Shown: positions 1 through 12,130, counted from the first letter of the stretch. The stretch: 64,000 nt of DNA from Herminiimonas sp. (GCA_028292265.1 JAQGMR010000017.1:7855-71854), one strand, 5' to 3'. Numbers and translations are program-made. The notes: generated by a model from the sequence alone, not told the origin.

Positions 1-1255
1 GGAAAGCGGTGTTGCGGCGTTCTTCCTCGCGCATGACGGCAGACTTGCGCTCCGGGCCCATGACGATCTTGTCCTTGGCGTCCTCGAAGTCCTGCATTTC
101 CACCAGTCGCTTGTTGCGTCGGGCCGCAAAAAGCGCCGCTTCATTGACCAGGTTGGCAAGATCCGCACCGGAAAACCCTGGGGTGCCACGGGCAAGTATG
201 TCGGCCTTGACGTCCGGCGCAATAGGCACCTTGCGCATGTGGACGTACAGGATCTGTTCGCGGCCGCGGATGTCCGGCAGACCGACAATGACCTGACGGT
301 CGAAGCGGCCCGGGCGCAGCAAGGCCTTGTCCAGCACGTCGGCGCGGTTGGTTGCAGCGATCACGATAACGCCTGCGTTCGCTTCAAAACCATCCATCTC
401 GACCAACAACTGGTTCAGCGTTTGTTCGCGTTCGTCGTTGCCGCCACCCATGCCGGCGCCACGATGGCGACCAACGGCGTCAATCTCGTCAATGAAGATG
501 ATGCAAGGCGCATGTTTCTTTGCGTTTTCAAACATGTCCCGTACGCGCGATGCACCGACGCCCACGAACATCTCAACGAAGTCCGAACCGGAAATGGTGA
601 AGAAAGGCACTTTGGCTTCACCAGCAATGGCGCGCGCCAGCAAGGTTTTACCGGTACCTGGAGGGCCGACCATCAGCACGCCACGTGGAATGCGTCCGCC
701 CAGCTTCTGGAATTTGGTCGGGTCGCGCAGGAAGTCGACCAGCTCCTGAACTTCTTCCTTCGCTTCATCGCAACCGGCGACGTCCGCGAATGTCACCGCA
801 TTGCTGTTCTCATCCAGCATGCGTGCCTTGGACTTGCCGAAGGAGAAGGCGCCACCTTTACCACCGCCCTGCATCTGGCGCATGAAGAATACCCAGACGC
901 CGATCAGCAGCAGCATCGGGAACCAGGAAATGAATACTTGAGAAAGGAAGCTTGGAGGCTCTGGCTGCTTGACGTCGAACTTCACGTCGTTGTTGACGAG
1001 ATCGCCGATCAGGCCACGGTCCAGATTGGTAACCGTTGCCTTGATCTTCTTGCCATCTGAGGTCGTGGCAACGATGGTACGGTCCTCAATCGTTGCTTCC
1101 TTGATGTGCTTGGCCTTCACCTCATCGAGGAAATCTGAATACGCTATCGGAGTGGCTCCGCCTGCGAGCCCACGGTCGTCAAATTGCTTGAACACCGTGA
1201 ACAGGACTAGAGCAATAACCACCCAAATGGCGGCTTTCGAAAACATGTTGTTCAC
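1..1255 (-). CDS. ftsH: ATP-dependent zinc metalloprotease FtsH, N-terminal ~418 codons. The gene continues past the left window edge.
   Basis: Not in the ORF track because it runs off the edge. Reverse-strand translation from GTG 1255 (or ATG 1246) reads [18 protein letters not shown]. It shows Walker [19 protein letters not shown], Walker [12 protein letters not shown] and second region of homology [20 protein letters not shown]. The window ends just before the expected HEXXH motif. Confidence 0.95.
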   Translation of the reverse strand, partial: MNNMFSKAAIWVVIALVLFTVFKQFDDRGLAGGATPIAYSDFLDEVKAKHIKEATIEDRTIVATTSDGKKIKATVTNLDRGLIGDLVNNDVKFDVKQPEPPSFLSQVFISWFPMLLLIGVWVFFMRQMQGGGKGGAFSFGKSKARMLDENSNAVTFADVAGCDEAKEEVQELVDFLRDPTKFQKLGGRIPRGVLMVGPPGTGKTLLARAIAGEAKVPFFTISGSDFVEMFVGVGASRVRDMFENAKKHAPCIIFIDEIDAVGRHRGAGMGGGNDEREQTLNQLLVEMDGFEANAGVIVIAATNRADVLDKALLRPGRFDRQVIVGLPDIRGREQILYVHMRKVPIAPDVKADILARGTPGFSGADLANLVNEAALFAARRNKRLVEMQDFEDAKDKIVMGPERKSAVMREEERRNTAF

Positions 1256-1365
1256 TAGAAGAACTCCTTGGGCCAGTGACGGCCTTTACCTTGTTTGCAA
1301 ATTCTACTCGCAATGAATCACGCCTGCTAGGCGGCATATCAGGCTAAGTGGCTGATAAATCAAGG

Positions 1366-2034
1366 CTAAAAACCGACGCCCTTGGGATTTTGGCCAGTTT
1401 TCTTCAATATTTTGCCCAGCACGTAGATTTCTGATGACTTGTCGCGGCTCGCTTTCGGCTTTTTTTGTGACACAGTCTTGAATTGCCGCCGAAAATTTTC
1501 GATGATCTGTGAAAAGCCCATTCCGTTGAAACATTTGACGAGGAGAGCGCCTGAAGGTTTCAGGTGCGCGTCGGCAAACTCGAGCGCGAGATCAATAATG
1601 TCCTCCATCCGGGCCGCATCGGACAGTGCAATGCCAGACAGGTTTGGCGCCATATCCGACAAAACGAGGTCGACCTTGCGCCCCTGGAGTATGGTCTCAA
1701 GCTGCTTCAAAACAGCCTCTTCCCGGAAGTCGCCGAGAATGAACTGCACGTCGGCGATCGGCTCCATGGGCAACAGGTCAAGTCCGATGATGACGCCGTG
1801 GATGCCTCCACCTTCCTGCCCGGCCAGCCGGCTGCGCGCGTACTGCGCCCAGCTTCCCGGCGTACTGCCCAGGTCGACGATGATCTGGCCGGGACGAATC
1901 AGTTTCTCGTTCTCGTCGATCTCCTTGAGTTTATAGGCGGCGCGGGCGCGATATCCTTCCTTCTGCGCCAGTTTCACATAGGGGTCGTTGATATGATCGT
2001 GCAACCAGTTCTTGTTTAATTTCTTCTTTGCCAT
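1366..2034 (-). CDS. rlmE: 23S rRNA (uridine2552-2'-O)-methyltransferase RlmE/FtsJ
   Basis: Track ORF 1366..2331 trimmed to the internal ATG at 2034. The protein starts [40 protein letters not shown] and has the SAM-binding stretch [15 protein letters not shown]. It sits in the conserved position immediately upstream of ftsH. Confidence 0.9.
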   Translation of the reverse strand: MAKKKLNKNWLHDHINDPYVKLAQKEGYRARAAYKLKEIDENEKLIRPGQIIVDLGSTPGSWAQYARSRLAGQEGGGIHGVIIGLDLLPMEPIADVQFILGDFREEAVLKQLETILQGRKVDLVLSDMAPNLSGIALSDAARMEDIIDLALEFADAHLKPSGALLVKCFNGMGFSQIIENFRRQFKTVSQKKPKASRDKSSEIYVLGKILKKTGQNPKGVGF

Positions 2035-2089
2035 TCGCGTAGAATACTGCCTTTCCTCTGTTACCCAGGCGGCCGAAAGACCGACCCCC

Positions 2090-2566
2090 ATGCTAAAACT
2101 CACACCCGTCGAGCGCAGCGCCTTGCGCGCTGACGCCCACGCCTTGAATCCCGTTGTGATCATCGGAGAATCCGGCCTGACCCCCGCGGTCATGAAGGAA
2201 ATCGACGCCAGCCTGAACGCCCACGGCCTTATCAAGGTCCGCGTATTCGGCGACGACCGCGAAGCGCGTGTCGGCATGTACGAAAACATATGCACGACAC
2301 TTGGGGCCGCTCCCATCCAGCATATTGGCAAGCTGCTTGTTCTTTACCGCCCAAAGAAGGAAGCCGTAAAGGAGCGCACTGAAAAGCGCGGTGGCGCCGG
2401 AATGCGGGAAGTTACCGTCGTCAAGCCCAGTCCGAGCGGCCGCAGCAAGCCGTCGGTCACCAAAGTCCTTGTCAAGGGCAATGAGCGGGTCACCGCCGGC
2501 GGATTGATCAAGAAAGCCAAGCCACGCCAGACCAGCCAAAAGAAAACGCAGCTGGGCAAACGCTAA
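2090..2566 (+). CDS. yhbY: YhbY-like (CRM domain) RNA-binding protein with a Lys-rich C-terminal tail
   Basis: Track ORF 2012..2566 trimmed to ATG 2090. The sequence [52 protein letters not shown] matches the YhbY signature. It is divergent from rlmE, as in the E. coli greA-yhbY-rlmE-ftsH region. Confidence 0.8.
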   Translation: MLKLTPVERSALRADAHALNPVVIIGESGLTPAVMKEIDASLNAHGLIKVRVFGDDREARVGMYENICTTLGAAPIQHIGKLLVLYRPKKEAVKERTEKRGGAGMREVTVVKPSPSGRSKPSVTKVLVKGNERVTAGGLIKKAKPRQTSQKKTQLGKR

Positions 2567-2652
2567 GTAAATCGCGGAGCTGACTCTGGCCGCTGCATCT
2601 GCCGGACGTGTTCAGCGGCTGCAATCCCTTGCCTGGCCCATCCAGCACCGTC

Positions 2653-3102
2653 TCAGCGCAGCTTCAGGATCAGTCCGATTCCAAGCAAGCTCTGAACGAG
2701 ATAAAAGGCGCTGGCCACGCCATGCAGTATGCCGAACTCCAGACGTGCGCCCGAGGCCATGACACCAGCCGGCCCGGCGGCGTGCCGCAATGCAGCCATG
2801 AACGGCTGGGTGGCGAAGTAACCGAGCACAATGCATAACGCCATAAAGCCGATAAGTCGCAGGCAGGCCCGACGCTGATCCCGGGTGATGTTGACCCGGC
2901 CCCTGACGAGCGTCGTGGCAAGCGCCAGCGCCAGCACGATACCGAGCCACGCCTCGATATGAAAAAGGCTTCCCGCGATGGTGCCGGCCAGGACACGGTC
3001 CGACAGGCTGTAAAAAAGCGTGGGCGCCACGACATAGCCAATGGTCCACAGACTGCCAACCCAAAGCGTGCCGAGCAAAAGGCGCAATCGGTAGGCTAGC
3101 AT
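2653..3102 (-). CDS. Small polytopic membrane protein, DUF4149-like
   Basis: Track ORF 2653..3204 trimmed to ATG 3102, because the longer form would overlap greA. Four hydrophobic helices are visible, beginning MLAYRLRLLLGTLWVGSLWTIGYVVAPTLF. The family assignment is from memory only. Confidence 0.55.
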   Translation of the reverse strand: MLAYRLRLLLGTLWVGSLWTIGYVVAPTLFYSLSDRVLAGTIAGSLFHIEAWLGIVLALALATTLVRGRVNITRDQRRACLRLIGFMALCIVLGYFATQPFMAALRHAAGPAGVMASGARLEFGILHGVASAFYLVQSLLGIGLILKLR

Positions 3103-3127
3103 CAGCGCCGTCCTGGCTTCCGGACCT

Positions 3128-3604
3128 TCAAACGTACCGCACTTCGAGTACTTCGTATTCGCGAACACCAGCCGGGGCCTGCACTTCGACCACGTCACCC
3201 GCATATTTTCCGATCAGGGCGCGCGCGATCGGCGAGGTAATCGACACCTTGCTTTGCTTGAGGTCGGCCTCGTCAAGACCGACGATCTGGTAAGTCACCT
3301 TCTCGCCCGACCCGAGATCTTCGAGATGCACGGTCGACGCGAAAACGATCCGCCCATCCGCTTCCAGCAGCAAGGGGTCAATCACCTGCGCCGCACCGAG
3401 CTTTCCTTCAAGATCGGCAATACGTCCCTCGATAAAACTCTGGCGTTCCTTGGCCGCGTCATATTCCGCGTTTTCCGACAGATCGCCGTGGGACCGCGCC
3501 TCGGCAATGGCAAGAATCACCGCAGGACGTTCCTTGGTTTTAAGGCGGATCAGTTCTTCCTTGAGTAGCTCTGCGCCGTATTTGGTAATGGGTACTGAAC
3601 TCAT
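3128..3604 (-). CDS. greA: Transcription elongation factor GreA
   Basis: [66 protein letters not shown] is the GreA coiled-coil signature. The ATG at 3604 is preferred over the GTG at 3613. Confidence 0.93.
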   Translation of the reverse strand: MSSVPITKYGAELLKEELIRLKTKERPAVILAIAEARSHGDLSENAEYDAAKERQSFIEGRIADLEGKLGAAQVIDPLLLEADGRIVFASTVHLEDLGSGEKVTYQIVGLDEADLKQSKVSITSPIARALIGKYAGDVVEVQAPAGVREYEVLEVRYV

Positions 3605-3633
3605 GATTTGCACTTTTTAGGAGATCAAAGTCA

Positions 3634-3683
3634 CAGAGGTCACAAGGAACAATCCCTTGCGGGAAAGTTACTTGCGACCTCTG
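3634..3683 (-). other. Imperfect 13-bp inverted repeat (stem-loop) between the carB stop and the greA start
   Basis: cagaggtcacaag (3634-3646) pairs with cttgcgacctctg (3671-3683) with one mismatch. A nested tccc/ggga stem sits in the loop. No T-tract follows, so the function (attenuator, processing site or REP-like element) is unknown. Confidence 0.3.
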
Positions 3684-3707
3684 AGAACGGGTAGGGAGTT
3701 GAGCGAC

Positions 3708-6700
3708 TTAGTTTAAGGTTTTATGCAAACCTTGTAAATCATAGACATGCAACTCGTCGAGATGCGCCATGCCCTCAACTGCCGCCTCGGCGCCCGCGAT
3801 CGTCGTATAGGTCGTCACACGTGCCGCCAGTGCCGATATGCGGATGGCCCGCGAGTCGACGATGGCGCTACGTTTTTCTTCCACCGTGTTGATGACCAGG
3901 GCGATCTCATTGTTCTTGATCATGTCCACAATATGAGGACGCCCTTCCGCAACCTTGTTGACCGTCCCGACCGGAATACCCGCAGCGCTGATGGCCGCCG
4001 CGGTGCCTTTCGTGGCCGCTACAGAAAAGCCGATCTGAACCAGATCACGCGCCACCTGCACCGCACGCGGCTTGTCGCTGTTCTTCACCGAAAGGAAAAC
4101 CTTGCCCGACTTCGGCAACTTCACCCCGGCGCCAAGCTGCGACTTCACAAACGCTTCGCCGAAGGTTCGGCCCACGCCCATGACTTCACCAGTCGACTTC
4201 ATCTCCGGTCCGAGGATGGTATCGACTCCCGGGAATTTTACGAACGGGAAAACCGCTTCCTTGACGCTAAAGTAAGGCGGCACAACTTCCTTCTTCACGC
4301 CCTGGCTTTCGAGCGACTGACCGACCATGCAACGGGCCGCGATCTTGGCCAGTTGCAGGCCAGTGGCCTTGGAGACAAACGGTACGGTGCGCGAGGCGCG
4401 TGGATTCACTTCCAAAACAAAGACGATGTCCTGCATCGCGCCATCGACTTCGCGCTGCTGAATCGCGAATTGCACGTTCATCAGGCCGACAACGTTCAGG
4501 CCCTTCGCCATGGCGGAGGTCTGGCGCTTGAGTTCATCAATAGTCGGCTGCGACAGCGAATACGGTGGCAAGGAACAGGCGGAATCGCCGGAGTGCACGC
4601 CAGCCTGCTCAATGTGTTCCATCACGCCGCCAATAAAGGTGCGCTCCCCATCGGAAATGCAGTCGACATCGACCTCGATCGCATCGTTCAGGAAGCGGTC
4701 CAGCAGCACCGGCGAATCGTGCGAGACCTTCACCGCTTCGCGCATGTAGCGCTCCAGGTCGCGCTGTTCATGCACGATCTCCATTGCCCGGCCGCCAAGC
4801 ACATACGACGGACGAACGACCAGCGGATAGCCGATTTCCTGCGCCAGGCGCAAGGCGTCTTCTTCGGTACGCGCGGTACGATTTGGCGGCTGGCGCAGGC
4901 CCAGTTCATGTAGCAGCTTCTGGAACCGCTCGCGGTCTTCCGCCGCATCGATCATGTCTGGCGAGGTGCCGATGATAGGCACGCCATTGGCTTCCAGATC
5001 GAGCGCGAGTTTCAGCGGTGTCTGACCGCCATACTGCACGATGACGCCCAATGGCTTTTCGAGGTCAACGATTTCCAGGACATCTTCCAGCGTCAGCGGC
5101 TCGAAGTACAACCGGTCGGAGGTATCGTAGTCGGTTGACACGGTTTCCGGATTGCAGTTGACCATGATGGTTTCATAGCCGTCTTCGCGCATAGCCAGCG
5201 CCGCATGAACACAGCAGTAGTCAAACTCAATGCCCTGCCCGATGCGGTTTGGTCCACCGCCCAGCACCATGATTTTCTTGCGGTCAGTCGGGTTGGATTC
5301 GCACTCTTCCTCATAGGTCGAGTACATGTAGGCGGTATTGGTGGAAAACTCACCGGCACAGGTGTCGACGCGCTTGTAGACCGGACGCACATTAAGCCGA
5401 TGCCGCATCTTGCGCACGTCCGCATCCGTGGTTTTCAACAGCTTTGCCAGGCGCCGGTCCGCGAAACCTTTTTGCTTGAGGTGAAACAACATCGCCTTGT
5501 CGAGCGACTCCAGGCTGACCGTTTCGAGCCAGAGTTCAATGTCAACGATCTCCTTGATTTGCGAAAGAAACCAGGTATCTATATGCGTAAGCTGATGCAC
5601 TTCTTCGAGCGTGAAACCATGGGCAAAGGCATCGCCGACGTACCAGATGCGTTCCGGTCCTGGCTCGCCAAGTTCTTCCTCGATCACTTCGCGATCGGTC
5701 GTCTTTTCGTTCAAGCCGTCGACGCCAACTTCCAGTCCACGCAACGCTTTCTGAAACGACTCCTGGAAGGTACGGCCAATGGCCATGACCTCGCCGACCG
5801 ACTTCATCTGGGTCGTCAGGTGGCTGTCCGCCGTCGGAAACTTCTCGAAGGCGAAGCGCGGAATCTTGGTAACGACGTAATCGATGCTCGGCTCAAACGA
5901 TGCCGGTGTCGCACCGCCGGTGATCTCGTTGCGCAACTCGTCCAGTGTGTAGCCAACCGCCAGCTTGGCGGCGACCTTTGCAATCGGAAAACCGGTTGCC
6001 TTGGACGCCAGCGCGGAGGAACGTGACACGCGCGGATTCATTTCAATGACGATCATGCGGCCATCGTCTGGATTGATGGCGAACTGGACGTTCGAGCCGC
6101 CCGTGTCGACGCCGATTTCACGCAACACTGCCACCGAGGCATTGCGCATGATCTGGTATTCCTTGTCGGTCAGCGTCTGTGCCGGCGCAACCGTAATGGA
6201 ATCGCCGGTATGGACGCCCATCGGATCCAGGTTTTCAATCGAGCAGACGATGATGCAGTTGTCCTTCTTGTCGCGTACCACCTCCATCTCGAATTCTTTC
6301 CAGCCAATCAGCGATTCCTCAATCAGCAATTCGCTGGTCGGCGACGCTTCCAGCCCGCGCTTGCAGATGGCCTCGAATTCTTCCGCGTTGTAGGCGATGC
6401 CGCCGCCCGAGCCACCCATGGTGAACGAAGGACGGATGATGACCGGGAAGCCAAGACCCTTCTGCACGCCCCACGACTCTTCAAGAGTATGGGCGACACC
6501 AGAACGGGCCGAGCCAAGGCCAATCTTTGTCATCGCGTCCTTGAACTTGGAGCGGTCCTCTGCCTTGTCGATGGCTTCAGGCGATGCGCCGATCAGCTCG
6601 CAACCATGCTTGGCTAACACGCCATGGTGATGCAAATCAAGTGCGCAATTCAGCGCCGTTTGCCCGCCCATGGTTGGGAGGATTGCGTCAGGCTTTTCCT

Positions 6701-6938
6701 TCTCGATGATGCGTTCCACCACCTGCCAGGTAATCGGCTCGATGTAGGTGACATCCGCCATTTCCGGGTCGGTCATGATGGTCGCCGGATTACTGTTAAC
6801 GAGGATGACCCGAAAGCCTTCTTCGCGCAAAGCCTTGCAAGCCTGGGCGCCGGAATAATCGAACTCGCAAGCCTGACCGATGACGATCGGACCTGCTCCG
6901 ATAATGAGGATGCTCTTGATGTCGCTACGCTTTGGCAT
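3708..6938 (-). CDS. carB: Carbamoyl-phosphate synthase large subunit
   Basis: 1076 aa. The N-terminus is [30 protein letters not shown]. Duplicated ATP-grasp halves and an MGS-like C-terminus are visible. Confidence 0.97.
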   Translation of the reverse strand: MPKRSDIKSILIIGAGPIVIGQACEFDYSGAQACKALREEGFRVILVNSNPATIMTDPEMADVTYIEPITWQVVERIIEKEKPDAILPTMGGQTALNCALDLHHHGVLAKHGCELIGASPEAIDKAEDRSKFKDAMTKIGLGSARSGVAHTLEESWGVQKGLGFPVIIRPSFTMGGSGGGIAYNAEEFEAICKRGLEASPTSELLIEESLIGWKEFEMEVVRDKKDNCIIVCSIENLDPMGVHTGDSITVAPAQTLTDKEYQIMRNASVAVLREIGVDTGGSNVQFAINPDDGRMIVIEMNPRVSRSSALASKATGFPIAKVAAKLAVGYTLDELRNEITGGATPASFEPSIDYVVTKIPRFAFEKFPTADSHLTTQMKSVGEVMAIGRTFQESFQKALRGLEVGVDGLNEKTTDREVIEEELGEPGPERIWYVGDAFAHGFTLEEVHQLTHIDTWFLSQIKEIVDIELWLETVSLESLDKAMLFHLKQKGFADRRLAKLLKTTDADVRKMRHRLNVRPVYKRVDTCAGEFSTNTAYMYSTYEEECESNPTDRKKIMVLGGGPNRIGQGIEFDYCCVHAALAMREDGYETIMVNCNPETVSTDYDTSDRLYFEPLTLEDVLEIVDLEKPLGVIVQYGGQTPLKLALDLEANGVPIIGTSPDMIDAAEDRERFQKLLHELGLRQPPNRTARTEEDALRLAQEIGYPLVVRPSYVLGGRAMEIVHEQRDLERYMREAVKVSHDSPVLLDRFLNDAIEVDVDCISDGERTFIGGVMEHIEQAGVHSGDSACSLPPYSLSQPTIDELKRQTSAMAKGLNVVGLMNVQFAIQQREVDGAMQDIVFVLEVNPRASRTVPFVSKATGLQLAKIAARCMVGQSLESQGVKKEVVPPYFSVKEAVFPFVKFPGVDTILGPEMKSTGEVMGVGRTFGEAFVKSQLGAGVKLPKSGKVFLSVKNSDKPRAVQVARDLVQIGFSVAATKGTAAAISAAGIPVGTVNKVAEGRPHIVDMIKNNEIALVINTVEEKRSAIVDSRAIRISALAARVTTYTTIAGAEAAVEGMAHLDELHVYDLQGLHKTLN

Positions 6939-8100
6939 GCTTTTGTTTCTCCGTCTTGGCGCGCTTCATCAATGCTGTAAAGCGATCGAACAATGGTGCA
7001 ATGTCAGTAGGGCCGGGTGAAGCTTCAGGGTGACCCTGGAAGCAAAAGGCCGGACAGTCGGTACGGGTAAAACCCTGCAGCGACCCGTCAAACAGCGAGA
7101 CGTGGGTCACACGGCAGTTCGAAGGAAGCGACTGCGGATCGACAGCGAATCCATGGTTCTGCGAAGTGATCATCACCTGCTTCGTATCGAGGTCCTGCAC
7201 CGGATGGTTCGCGCCGTGGTGGCCGAATTTCATTTTCAATGTTTTGGCGCCGGAGGCCAGCGCCATGATCTGGTGGCCGAGGCAAATGCCGAATACCGGA
7301 ATCCCGGTTTCGATCAGTTCTTTGGTCGCACGAATAGCGTAATCGCACGGCTCAGGATCGCCCGGACCATTTGAGAGAAAGATGCCGTCCGGTTTGAAGG
7401 CCAGCGCTTCTGCCGCGGTCGATTGCGCAGGCAGCACCGTCACCTTGCAACCGCGCTGCGCCAGCATGCGCAGGATGTTGTACTTGATGCCGTAGTCGAA
7501 TGCGACGACGTGAAATTCTGCATGTTCCTGCTTGCCGTAACCGCGTCCGAGCTTCCACTCGCTTTCGGTCCAGACGTAAGACTCTTTCACCGAAACGACC
7601 TTGGCCAGGTCCATTCCGGACAGGCCTGGAAACGATTTCGCAAGCGCGACCGCCTGCTCCGCGCTGCAACCTTCGCCCGCGACAATCGCGCCGTTCTGCG
7701 CGCCTTTTTCGCGGAGGACGCGGGTCAGTTTGCGGGTGTCGATACCGGCAATGGCGACCACACCTTCCAACTTGAGATAGTCGGACAGGCTCTGCTGGCT
7801 GCGGAAGTTTGAAGTCTGTAGCGGCAAGTCGCGGATGATGAGTCCGGCGGCATGTATTCTTGAAGCTTCGACATCTTCATGATTGATGCCGGTGTTGCCG
7901 ATATGGGGATAAGTCAGTGTGACGATCTGGCGGTTGTAACTTGGATCGGTCAGGATTTCCTGATATCCGGTCATCGCCGTGTTGAAGACGACTTCGCCGC
8001 TGGTCTGACCTGCGGCGCCGATAGAATGCCCCTGAAATACCGACCCGTCTGCAAGGCCAAGTATGGCCGGCATGTGGCGAGTAGATGAAAATGGCAGCAA
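6925..8100 (-). CDS. carA: Carbamoyl-phosphate synthase small (glutaminase) subunit
   Basis: 391 aa with the catalytic Cys motif GICLGHQ and a class-I GATase triad region. The stop overlaps the carB start by 14 nt. Confidence 0.95.
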   Translation of the reverse strand: MLPFSSTRHMPAILGLADGSVFQGHSIGAAGQTSGEVVFNTAMTGYQEILTDPSYNRQIVTLTYPHIGNTGINHEDVEASRIHAAGLIIRDLPLQTSNFRSQQSLSDYLKLEGVVAIAGIDTRKLTRVLREKGAQNGAIVAGEGCSAEQAVALAKSFPGLSGMDLAKVVSVKESYVWTESEWKLGRGYGKQEHAEFHVVAFDYGIKYNILRMLAQRGCKVTVLPAQSTAAEALAFKPDGIFLSNGPGDPEPCDYAIRATKELIETGIPVFGICLGHQIMALASGAKTLKMKFGHHGANHPVQDLDTKQVMITSQNHGFAVDPQSLPSNCRVTHVSLFDGSLQGFTRTDCPAFCFQGHPEASPGPTDIAPLFDRFTALMKRAKTEKQKHAKA

Positions 8101-8273
8101 GGTAACTCCTGATGATGTTACCGCCGCTGCATCGCGCCAGAATCAGCCTGCGACGCGCCTATGCCTTGAAATTCAGAGTAACCGGGGTACCTGCAAGGGC
8201 GCGTTCGAAGCTGCTTTTTGGGGCGTGATTGAGAGTTTTATGCGCTACGGCGGAGTAATGGCTAAACCGCCGA

Positions 8274-8303
8274 ATTATAGCGTGAATGGCTCCCATCAGG
8301 CAA
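8274..8303 (-). promoter_or_regulatory. Candidate sigma70 promoter for carAB
   Basis: The minus strand reads TTGCCT (8303-8298), an 18-nt spacer, then TATAAT (8279-8274). This would give a ~170-nt leader. It is a sequence match only. Confidence 0.3.
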
Positions 8304-8408
8304 CCACCACGAGGCTTGGGAACCGGCTTCGCAGCCCCGCGGCGTGAACATCGAGTCGGCCGCGTGCAAGGCCGGATACCGGCGCAGGCACACGTCGACC
8401 GTCAACCT

Positions 8409-8816
8409 TTAAAGGCCAAGTGCTGCAATACCAGCCTTGGCGATCAGCACGTCTTCCGCAGACTTGACGCCGGAAACGCCGACCGCGCCGACGCATTCGC
8501 CGTTCACAAGAATTGGAATGCCACCTTCCAGCATGCCTTCCAGGGTCGGGGCGGAGAGGAAGGAGAAGCGACCATTGTTGATCATGTCTTCATAGACTTT
8601 GGTCTCGCGCCGGCCGACCGCCGCCGTGCGGGCCTTCGCTGGAGCGATCTGCGAAGAAATCGGCGCTGCCTTGTCCAGCCTTTGCAGCCAAAGCAGATGG
8701 CCACCGTCGTCGACGATGGCGATGGTCACGGCCCAGTTGTTCTTCTTCGCTTCTGCTTCCGCGCCGGCAGCGATTTTCCTGGCGTCGTCAAGGGTCAGTA
8801 TTTGCTTCGACTGCAT
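8409..8816 (-). CDS. GlcG/HbpS-like (DUF336) heme-binding family protein
   Basis: Track ORF 8409..8957 trimmed to ATG 8816. The sequence MQSKQILTLDDARKIAAGAEAEAKKNNWAVTIAIVDDGGHLLWLQRLD...GGIPILVNGECVGAVGVSG is typical of DUF336. Confidence 0.8.
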   Translation of the reverse strand: MQSKQILTLDDARKIAAGAEAEAKKNNWAVTIAIVDDGGHLLWLQRLDKAAPISSQIAPAKARTAAVGRRETKVYEDMINNGRFSFLSAPTLEGMLEGGIPILVNGECVGAVGVSGVKSAEDVLIAKAGIAALGL

Positions 8817-8947
8817 TATTGCTCCTCTGTTGTTGAGCCGGAATTGTACTTTAGGCGCCTTGCTTCGGCGATAGCCCGGACAGACAGTTTTGACAGGGCG
8901 CCTTCGATGGCTTACATTCCTGTTGTCCAAAGGAAAAACTTCCAACA

Positions 8948-9517
8948 ATGCACCCACCCAAACCGCGCCTTAAACTGCCAATGATTGCCGTAGCGCTCGC
9001 GCTGGCGGCAAGTTTGAGCGGCGTCGCGGCTTCGGGATGGAGCGCAGAGCTTGATTCGCCATTTGCAGTGCTGGACACCCCGACTTCGACTGCGGTGTCG
9101 GCGCTGCAGGGCCTTCGCGAGCGCGCGGCCGACCTGGCGATGCGTGCCATGGGCCTGGTCGGCATTCAATACAAATATGGCGGCAACTCACCAGAAAACG
9201 GTTTGGACTGTAGCGGCCTTGTGCGTTACGTGTTCAAGGAATCGCGTGGCGCAAACCTGCCACGCACGTCTGAAGAAATAAGCCGCGTCGGCCAGAATGT
9301 CGAGTCTCACGATTTGCAACCCGGCGATCTGGTTTTTTACCAGACCCTGCGACATGCCTTCTCGCACGTTGGAATTTATCTAGGCGATAACAAGTTCATT
9401 CACTCACCCGCTTCCGGCGGCGCGATCCGCATAGAAAGCATGGACCTCGCCTACTGGAAGAAGCGTTTCAACGGTGCCCGCCGCATCAACGAGTCGGAAG
9501 ACAAGACCGTTCACTGA
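8948..9517 (+). CDS. NlpC/P60 (C40) peptidoglycan endopeptidase, secreted or lipoprotein
   Basis: A signal peptide is present, with catalytic Cys motif GLDCSGLVRYVF and His motifs SHVGIYLG and FIHSP. An alternative start lies at 8981. Confidence 0.85.
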   Translation: MHPPKPRLKLPMIAVALALAASLSGVAASGWSAELDSPFAVLDTPTSTAVSALQGLRERAADLAMRAMGLVGIQYKYGGNSPENGLDCSGLVRYVFKESRGANLPRTSEEISRVGQNVESHDLQPGDLVFYQTLRHAFSHVGIYLGDNKFIHSPASGGAIRIESMDLAYWKKRFNGARRINESEDKTVH

Positions 9518-10470
9518 GCCGATGGTTTTGCCTGTCGCGCCTTCAGTTTCTGCCGTATCTCGCTGATCGCCGCCATGCCGGCCCGTTCGCCCGCAAGGAT
9601 CGCGGCATTGCGGCCATTAAAATCGTTTCCCTTCATCGTTCCCAATGCCGGACTGATAACGACATCGGCTTCGCGCAATTCAAACTGATTGATGCTTTGG
9701 CCCATGATGGCAAAGGTCTGCAGCAGAATATCGACTGAACTCGACGCCGCCTGCGCCGCGGGCTGTGCCGAAATATTCACCGCAATGACAAAGTCGGCCC
9801 CCATTTGCCGTGCAAAACGCACCGGCACCGGTGACACCAGCCCGCCGTCCACATAGGTATGTCCCCCCAGTTTTACCGGCTGAAATACGCCAGGCACCGC
9901 CGAAGACGCACGCACCGCCGCGCCGACGCTGCCGCGCTGGAACAGGATTGCCTGCCCGCTGTTCAAGTCCGTGGCGACTGCGCCGAATGGAATCTTCAGT
10001 TTTTCCAGCGGAATGTCATGCACCGCCTTGTTGACGTAGTTCTGGATTGCCTCGCCTTTGATCACGCCGCTCGACGATGCAAAAAGAGGCACCGACCAAT
10101 CCGAAATGGCAGCCTCTTCCATGTCGAGCGCCAACTGGTTCAAGGCAAATCCATTGTTCCCGGCGGCATAGAGCGCGCCCACCAGGCTGCCAGCGCTGGT
10201 GCCGGCTATCACGTCCGGCACGATTCCTTGCGACTCAAGGGCCTTGATTACACCAATATGGGCGAAGCCGCGCGCAGCGCCGCCGCCAAGCGCAAGCCCG
10301 ACCCGCACGGGCCGCACTGCCGCTGGCGCGACGGGAGCGGCCACAACCGGTGCGACAGGCAACGGCGCAACAGGCCGGTCCGAACGGAAGCTGGCGCAGC
10401 CGCCAAGCAGGAAGGCAGTGGCGACGATTGAATTCAATACAGGGTTGGAAAAGCGCATGAGGAAGTCCAT
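9511..10470 (-). CDS. Patatin-like phospholipase, probable lipoprotein
   Basis: Oxyanion motif GGGAARG, nucleophile GTSAGS (GxSxG), Asp motif YVDGGL, and lipobox LLGGC. An alternative ATG lies at 10458. Confidence 0.88.
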   Translation of the reverse strand: MDFLMRFSNPVLNSIVATAFLLGGCASFRSDRPVAPLPVAPVVAAPVAPAAVRPVRVGLALGGGAARGFAHIGVIKALESQGIVPDVIAGTSAGSLVGALYAAGNNGFALNQLALDMEEAAISDWSVPLFASSSGVIKGEAIQNYVNKAVHDIPLEKLKIPFGAVATDLNSGQAILFQRGSVGAAVRASSAVPGVFQPVKLGGHTYVDGGLVSPVPVRFARQMGADFVIAVNISAQPAAQAASSSVDILLQTFAIMGQSINQFELREADVVISPALGTMKGNDFNGRNAAILAGERAGMAAISEIRQKLKARQAKPSAQ

Positions 10471-10606
10471 GTTTGAAAAAATATTGTGCTACCTGGCGCC
10501 ATGCCCCGGCCTGGCCACATGGGGGCGTCTAGCCCTCAGGGGGCGACCGGGAACGGGATGGGCCAGCACGGGATGGGCTGCAATCGCAATGAAACCGAAG
10601 CGGCAC

Positions 10607-11917
10607 TCAAACGGCGAGTGGCTCTTTCATGCAAACCACGCTTCGCGGAAAATTGGCAGTAAAGGTGCTGCCATGCTCCGGGAGCGACTCGATCGTTAGC
10701 GTCGCGCCATGACGGATCAGCACATGCTTGACGATCGCCAGCCCAAGGCCGGTGCCGCGCGTCTCGCGCGACCGTCCCTTGTCGACGCGATAAAAGCGCT
10801 CAGTTAGACGGGCAATATTTTCGGGCCGAATGCCGATGCCGGTATCGGTTACAACGAAGCGCGGCCCGGCAGCACTATCGCGCCACGCAAGCTGGATGCT
10901 GCCGCCGTCCGGGGTGTAGCGAACCGCATTCGATGCGAGGTTGCTGAAGGCGCTGCGCAATTCATCGGCCGCGCCCTTGATATCCGGCCCGTCCACGACA
11001 AGGCTGATCTTGTGTCGGCCCGCTGAAAGCGCTTCCGACTCGTGCAGTATCTGGTCCAGCAACGCCGCCATGTCCACCGGTTCCGGCCGCGGCGGATGGT
11101 CAACCGACTCAAGTCTGGTTAATGACAGCATGTCTTCCACCAGATTTTGCATGCGCCTGCCCTGCTCTGACATGAGTTTGAGATGCGCGGCGCGAGTTGC
11201 TGGATCGAGATCCGGCTGCGATGTCGCAATTTCTAGAAAGCCGTTGATGACTGTGAGCGGTGTACGCAATTCATGCGATGCGTTGGCGATGAAATCCCGA
11301 CGCAGGATCTCGATTTGTTCCGACGCGGTGGCATCATGCGTCACCAGAATCTGGCGCCGGTTTTCGAAAGGAATGATCTGGACAATCAACTTGCGATCGC
11401 GCAGCGCAAGCGTCAGCGGTTCGTCATAGCGGCCAAGAATGATGTAGTCGATGAAAGCGGGATTGCGGATCAGGTTGGTAACCCGCATGCCGCTGTCGCG
11501 TTCCAGAGAAAGGCCCAGATGGCGCTCGGCTGCGGGATTGCACCACTCCAGGAACAGGACATCGTCCATGATGACGACGCCGTCCGGCAGCAGATGCATC
11601 GCCTGGCGAAACCGCGTCAGCCACTCAGAAAGTTCCTTCCGATTGTTGTCGTCATCGCGGCGCAAGCGGTATAGGCGGGCGAAAATACCGGTCCACGCTC
11701 CCCAGCCATCGGGCAGCCTGGTTTTTTCAGGATCATCCAGCCAATCTGACAGAGCATGCAGATACTGAAGCTGCACGATGGCGATCGCGAGAATGCCGGC
11801 CAGTGCCAGCAACAGGCCGGGAACCAGCCCGAAGAAAGTGCCGACCACAACTGCGGCGACGACGAGCAGGAGCAGGCGCAGCGCGGCGGGAATCCAGAAC
11901 AGTAGTTTGGGATGCAT
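10607..11917 (-). CDS. phoR: Phosphate regulon sensor histidine kinase PhoR
   Basis: An N-terminal TM hairpin, a PAS-like segment, H-box [12 protein letters not shown] and G2 box GTGLGLAIVKH. It lies downstream of phoB. Confidence 0.9.
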   Translation of the reverse strand: MHPKLLFWIPAALRLLLLVVAAVVVGTFFGLVPGLLLALAGILAIAIVQLQYLHALSDWLDDPEKTRLPDGWGAWTGIFARLYRLRRDDDNNRKELSEWLTRFRQAMHLLPDGVVIMDDVLFLEWCNPAAERHLGLSLERDSGMRVTNLIRNPAFIDYIILGRYDEPLTLALRDRKLIVQIIPFENRRQILVTHDATASEQIEILRRDFIANASHELRTPLTVINGFLEIATSQPDLDPATRAAHLKLMSEQGRRMQNLVEDMLSLTRLESVDHPPRPEPVDMAALLDQILHESEALSAGRHKISLVVDGPDIKGAADELRSAFSNLASNAVRYTPDGGSIQLAWRDSAAGPRFVVTDTGIGIRPENIARLTERFYRVDKGRSRETRGTGLGLAIVKHVLIRHGATLTIESLPEHGSTFTANFPRSVVCMKEPLAV

Positions 11918-12130
11918 TGAATGTTATTGAGACCGGCCCACGCCCAAGTCCGGAAAAAGGGTAAATCGAAGGCGGCGAAAGATGATAACCGGGATTGCCA
12001 CAGAACCTTGCTTTCATTGAAGGCCAATGGCACCAGTCAGGTCGCGCACAAGCCCGTTGTCAATGCCGAGGCTGCCATCGTTCCGCCCGGACGGATCGCA
12101 CTACTTTCGCTGACGCTGCCGTGGACGGAC

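Noticed and set aside
239-1316. Plus-strand track ORFs 239..1060, 327..749 and 969..1316.
   Set aside because: They are antisense to ftsH, whose minus-strand translation carries Walker A/B and SRH motifs. The plus-strand products have no recognisable features.
3747-6980. Plus-strand ORFs (3747..4913, 5205..6026, 5965..6393, 6210..6617, 6624..6980).
   Set aside because: All are antisense to carB. They are typical Arg/His/Leu-rich shadow ORFs of a high-GC gene.
10553-10578. Perfect 11-nt direct repeat ACGGGATGGGC x2 (15-bp period) between phoR and the patatin-like gene.
   Set aside because: It has only two copies, is close to chance expectation for a 64-kb window, and has no obvious functional context.
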